64,000 nucleotides of DNA from an uncultured Verrucomicrobiae bacterium (GTDB lineage: Bacteria > Verrucomicrobiota > Verrucomicrobiia > Chthoniobacterales > Terrimicrobiaceae). Where the stretch lies: contig CAVPOC010000008.1 in NCBI GenBank assembly GCA_963706955.1, positions 864,001-928,000 of the forward strand, written 5' to 3'. Both the position numbers and the translations under genes were made by a program. A model generated the notes under the pieces. It saw only the letters and a list, made by a program, of their open reading frames with translations. It did no database searches and had not been told where the DNA came from. Positions 63,929 through 64,000 of the stretch are shown piece after piece (positions within the stretch are counted from its first letter, which is position 1; each line of letters opens with the position of its first letter).

Positions 63929-64000
63929 ATGATAGAAACCGTAAAGAAAATTTTAGGCATCGGAAAGAAAACCACGGGGATAAAGCTGATTGTCAGCTGC
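63929..64000 (+). CDS. 5' fragment of next gene (possibly Rne/Rng ribonuclease)
   Basis: ATG 63929 MIETVKKILGIGKKTTGIKLIVSC runs off the window; identity guessed from position only. Confidence 0.35.
   Translation, partial: MIETVKKILGIGKKTTGIKLIVSC

Overview
64 kb of a moderately GC-rich bacterial chromosome. It is probably Verrucomicrobia (Spartobacteria/Chthoniobacterales-like); this is inferred from protein style and gene order, not from a search. Single-base frameshifts occur in at least 13 genes, including trpF and fcl, which points to long-read assembly errors. Left part (1-25.3 kb): a sugar-catabolism island with four ABC importers, an MFS carrier, an AraC regulator plus a degenerate paralog, and what looks like an oxidative D-apiose pathway (ApsD-like dehydrogenase, apiose-type SBP/DUF2291 ABC system, ApnL lactonase, ApnO oxidoisomerase, OiaC-like TIM barrel). 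Five promoter regions in the island share an oriented motif, GTSCNAAR-N4-GATCAGATNNTYCTAG, built as a 21-bp direct repeat. Middle (25.5-42.4 kb): CBS protein, a mycobacterial Sdh1-like succinate dehydrogenase/fumarate reductase operon with a coupled unknown ORF, AKR/SDR/fcl/CDF genes, then cdsA-dxr. Between dxr and rseP-ispG lies a 5.8-kb block. It holds an outer-membrane barrel + type-1-copper cupredoxin + HAMP adenylate cyclase operon. It also holds a ~0.87-kb diverged direct repeat (OMP 5' end/mscL) bracketing a high-GC fragment that encodes a small-domain/class III cyclase fusion and a truncated HIT gene. Right part: housekeeping genes (rseP, ispG, CBS-PPase, glycolipid GT + GH1, stand-alone fusA, Anbu, trpF, leuB, mreBCD-mrdA). 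Two REP-like palindromic repeat families occupy intergenic sites. I saw no rRNA, tRNA, CRISPR array or transposase.
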